DNA from: Halarcobacter sp.
Lineage (GTDB): Bacteria > Campylobacterota > Campylobacteria > Campylobacterales > Arcobacteraceae
Reading direction: 5' to 3'
Length of the DNA stretch: 64,000 nucleotides
NCBI GenBank assembly: GCA_963676565.1
Contig: OY781089.1
Span: forward strand, 1,312,001-1,376,000
This document shows, in pieces, positions 62,633 through 64,000 of this stretch (positions are counted from its first letter, which is position 1; every line of letters begins with the position of its first letter). A program made the translations under genes and the position numbers. Under the pieces are notes generated by a model. It was not told the DNA's origin, made no database searches, and saw nothing but the letters and a program-made list of their open reading frames with translations.

Positions 62633-64000
62633 GTGGGTAAAGTTAAATGTAATCACTGTCATTTATCATTTGATGATGGTGTAATGATTAAAGAGGGAGA
62701 ATTAAACTTTTGTTGTAAGGGTTGTCAAGGTGTATATCATCTTTTAAAGGATGATGGACTTGATTCTTTTTATGACAAGTTAGGTAACAAAACAATCTCC
62801 CCTCCAATTGAGATAAATGACGATGTACAGAGGTTTGATACAAAAAGTTTTGAAGATACATTTATTTCAGAAACTGACAATGGATTTAAACAAATTGATT
62901 TGATTATTGAAGGAATTCATTGTGCTGCTTGTGTGTGGTTAAATGAAAAAGTTTTATATGAAACTGAAGGAATAATTAGTGCAGATATAAACTTTACAAA
63001 CAACAAAGCAAAAATTATTTGGGATAATGAAAAAATAAAATTATCTGAGATAATCTTAAAAATTAGAAGCATAGGATACAACGCTTATGCTTATGATGCA
63101 AGTGTAGCTGACGAACAAGCTGTAAAATCAAAAAGAGAATATTTTATTAGAATGATGGTTGCAGTTTTCGCAAGTATGAACATTATGATGCTTGCAGTTG
63201 CAAAATATACTGGTTTTTTTACAGGTATTGATGAGCAAATTAGAAATTATATCCATGTAGCTGAGTTTATTTTAGCAACTCCTGTTTTATTTTATTCTGG
63301 GTGGATTTTCTTTAGAGGCGCATATTTTGGATTAAGAAACAAAATCTTAAATATGGACTTTTTGGTTAGTTCCGGGGCATCTTTAACCTATATTTATTCA
63401 CTTTTTGTGATGTTTGGAGCCAAAGGTGAAAGCTATTTTGACTCCGTTGTTATGATAATTACTTTTGTTTTAGTTGGAAAATATCTAGAAGTTATTGGTA
63501 AAAAAAGTGCAGTTGATACTTTGGATAAAATAAAAAGTTCTATTCCCCTTGAAGCTACAATTGTAGAAGATGGAGTTAAAAAAACTGTTGCACTAAATAA
63601 TATCAAAGTTGGTGATACTATTGAGATTAGAAGTGGAGAAAAAGTTTGTATAGATGGTGTTATAACTTCAGGTGAAGGAAGTTTTGATGAATCAAGTTTA
63701 ACTGGTGAATCAGTTCCTATATATAAAAAAATGGGAGATAATATTTTTAGTGGAACTATAAATAATGATTCACTTATTAGATATGAAGCAACTAAAACAT
63801 ACAAAGATTCAACACTAAGTTCTATAGTTACTTTACTTGAGGAGTCACTAAGTTCAAAGCCAGAGATTGAATATAAAGCAAATGAAGTTTCAAAGGGTTT
63901 TACAGTAACAATTTTAACTTTATCACTTTTAACTTTTTTAGTTTGGTATTTCTTTGGAATTAATTTAGGTTTTGACTATGAAGGAACTGACCATTTTGAA
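62633..64000 (+). CDS. ccoI: Heavy-metal P1B-type ATPase CcoI/FixI, 3'-truncated (not in the ORF track)
   Basis: GTG start after AGGA; CNHC...FCCKGCQGVY, GIHCAAC, NMDFLV, DESSLTGES; open to the window end. Confidence 0.88.
   Translation, partial: MGKVKCNHCHLSFDDGVMIKEGELNFCCKGCQGVYHLLKDDGLDSFYDKLGNKTISPPIEINDDVQRFDTKSFEDTFISETDNGFKQIDLIIEGIHCAACVWLNEKVLYETEGIISADINFTNNKAKIIWDNEKIKLSEIILKIRSIGYNAYAYDASVADEQAVKSKREYFIRMMVAVFASMNIMMLAVAKYTGFFTGIDEQIRNYIHVAEFILATPVLFYSGWIFFRGAYFGLRNKILNMDFLVSSGASLTYIYSLFVMFGAKGESYFDSVVMIITFVLVGKYLEVIGKKSAVDTLDKIKSSIPLEATIVEDGVKKTVALNNIKVGDTIEIRSGEKVCIDGVITSGEGSFDESSLTGESVPIYKKMGDNIFSGTINNDSLIRYEATKTYKDSTLSSIVTLLEESLSSKPEIEYKANEVSKGFTVTILTLSLLTFLVWYFFGINLGFDYEGTDHFE

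Noticed and set aside
63433..63804. 123-aa minus-strand ORF
   Set aside because: Antisense to the open ccoI frame.

Overview
AT-rich bacterial chromosome window, most likely Arcobacteraceae (Campylobacterota), judged from gene content and order (folK/aroQ/hydrolase/sppA, ileS-nfu-murE, rpsB-tsf-ABC-gmk, epsilon-type Mqo). Most of it is housekeeping: hisA/hisH, lepA, ompA-like, prs, two mnmA, an 8-tRNA operon, ileS, murE, rpsB, tsf, gmk and a partial ccoI. Four parts stand out. (1) The left edge holds the C-terminal nitrilase domain of what looks like an RT-nitrilase (UG1/DRT1-like) anti-phage protein, followed by a frameshifted HNH/MutS7-like 3' remnant that may mark an island boundary. (2) An ~18 kb acetate/carboxylate cluster (20843-38718) has ackA-pta-ackA, three ActP/SSS transporters, two cNMP-CBS-DUF294 nucleotidyltransferase + DEDDh exonuclease pairs and a Cache HK/OmpR pair; four of its promoters carry a TAGCA-N6-TAGCA direct repeat. 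(3) C-type and D-type MnmA sit in tandem. (4) A TudS/DUF523-like operon has a structured, riboswitch-like leader, and a ~70-bp two-hairpin repeat sits in the pepP and rpsB leaders. All calls come from reading motifs by eye; no searches were run.
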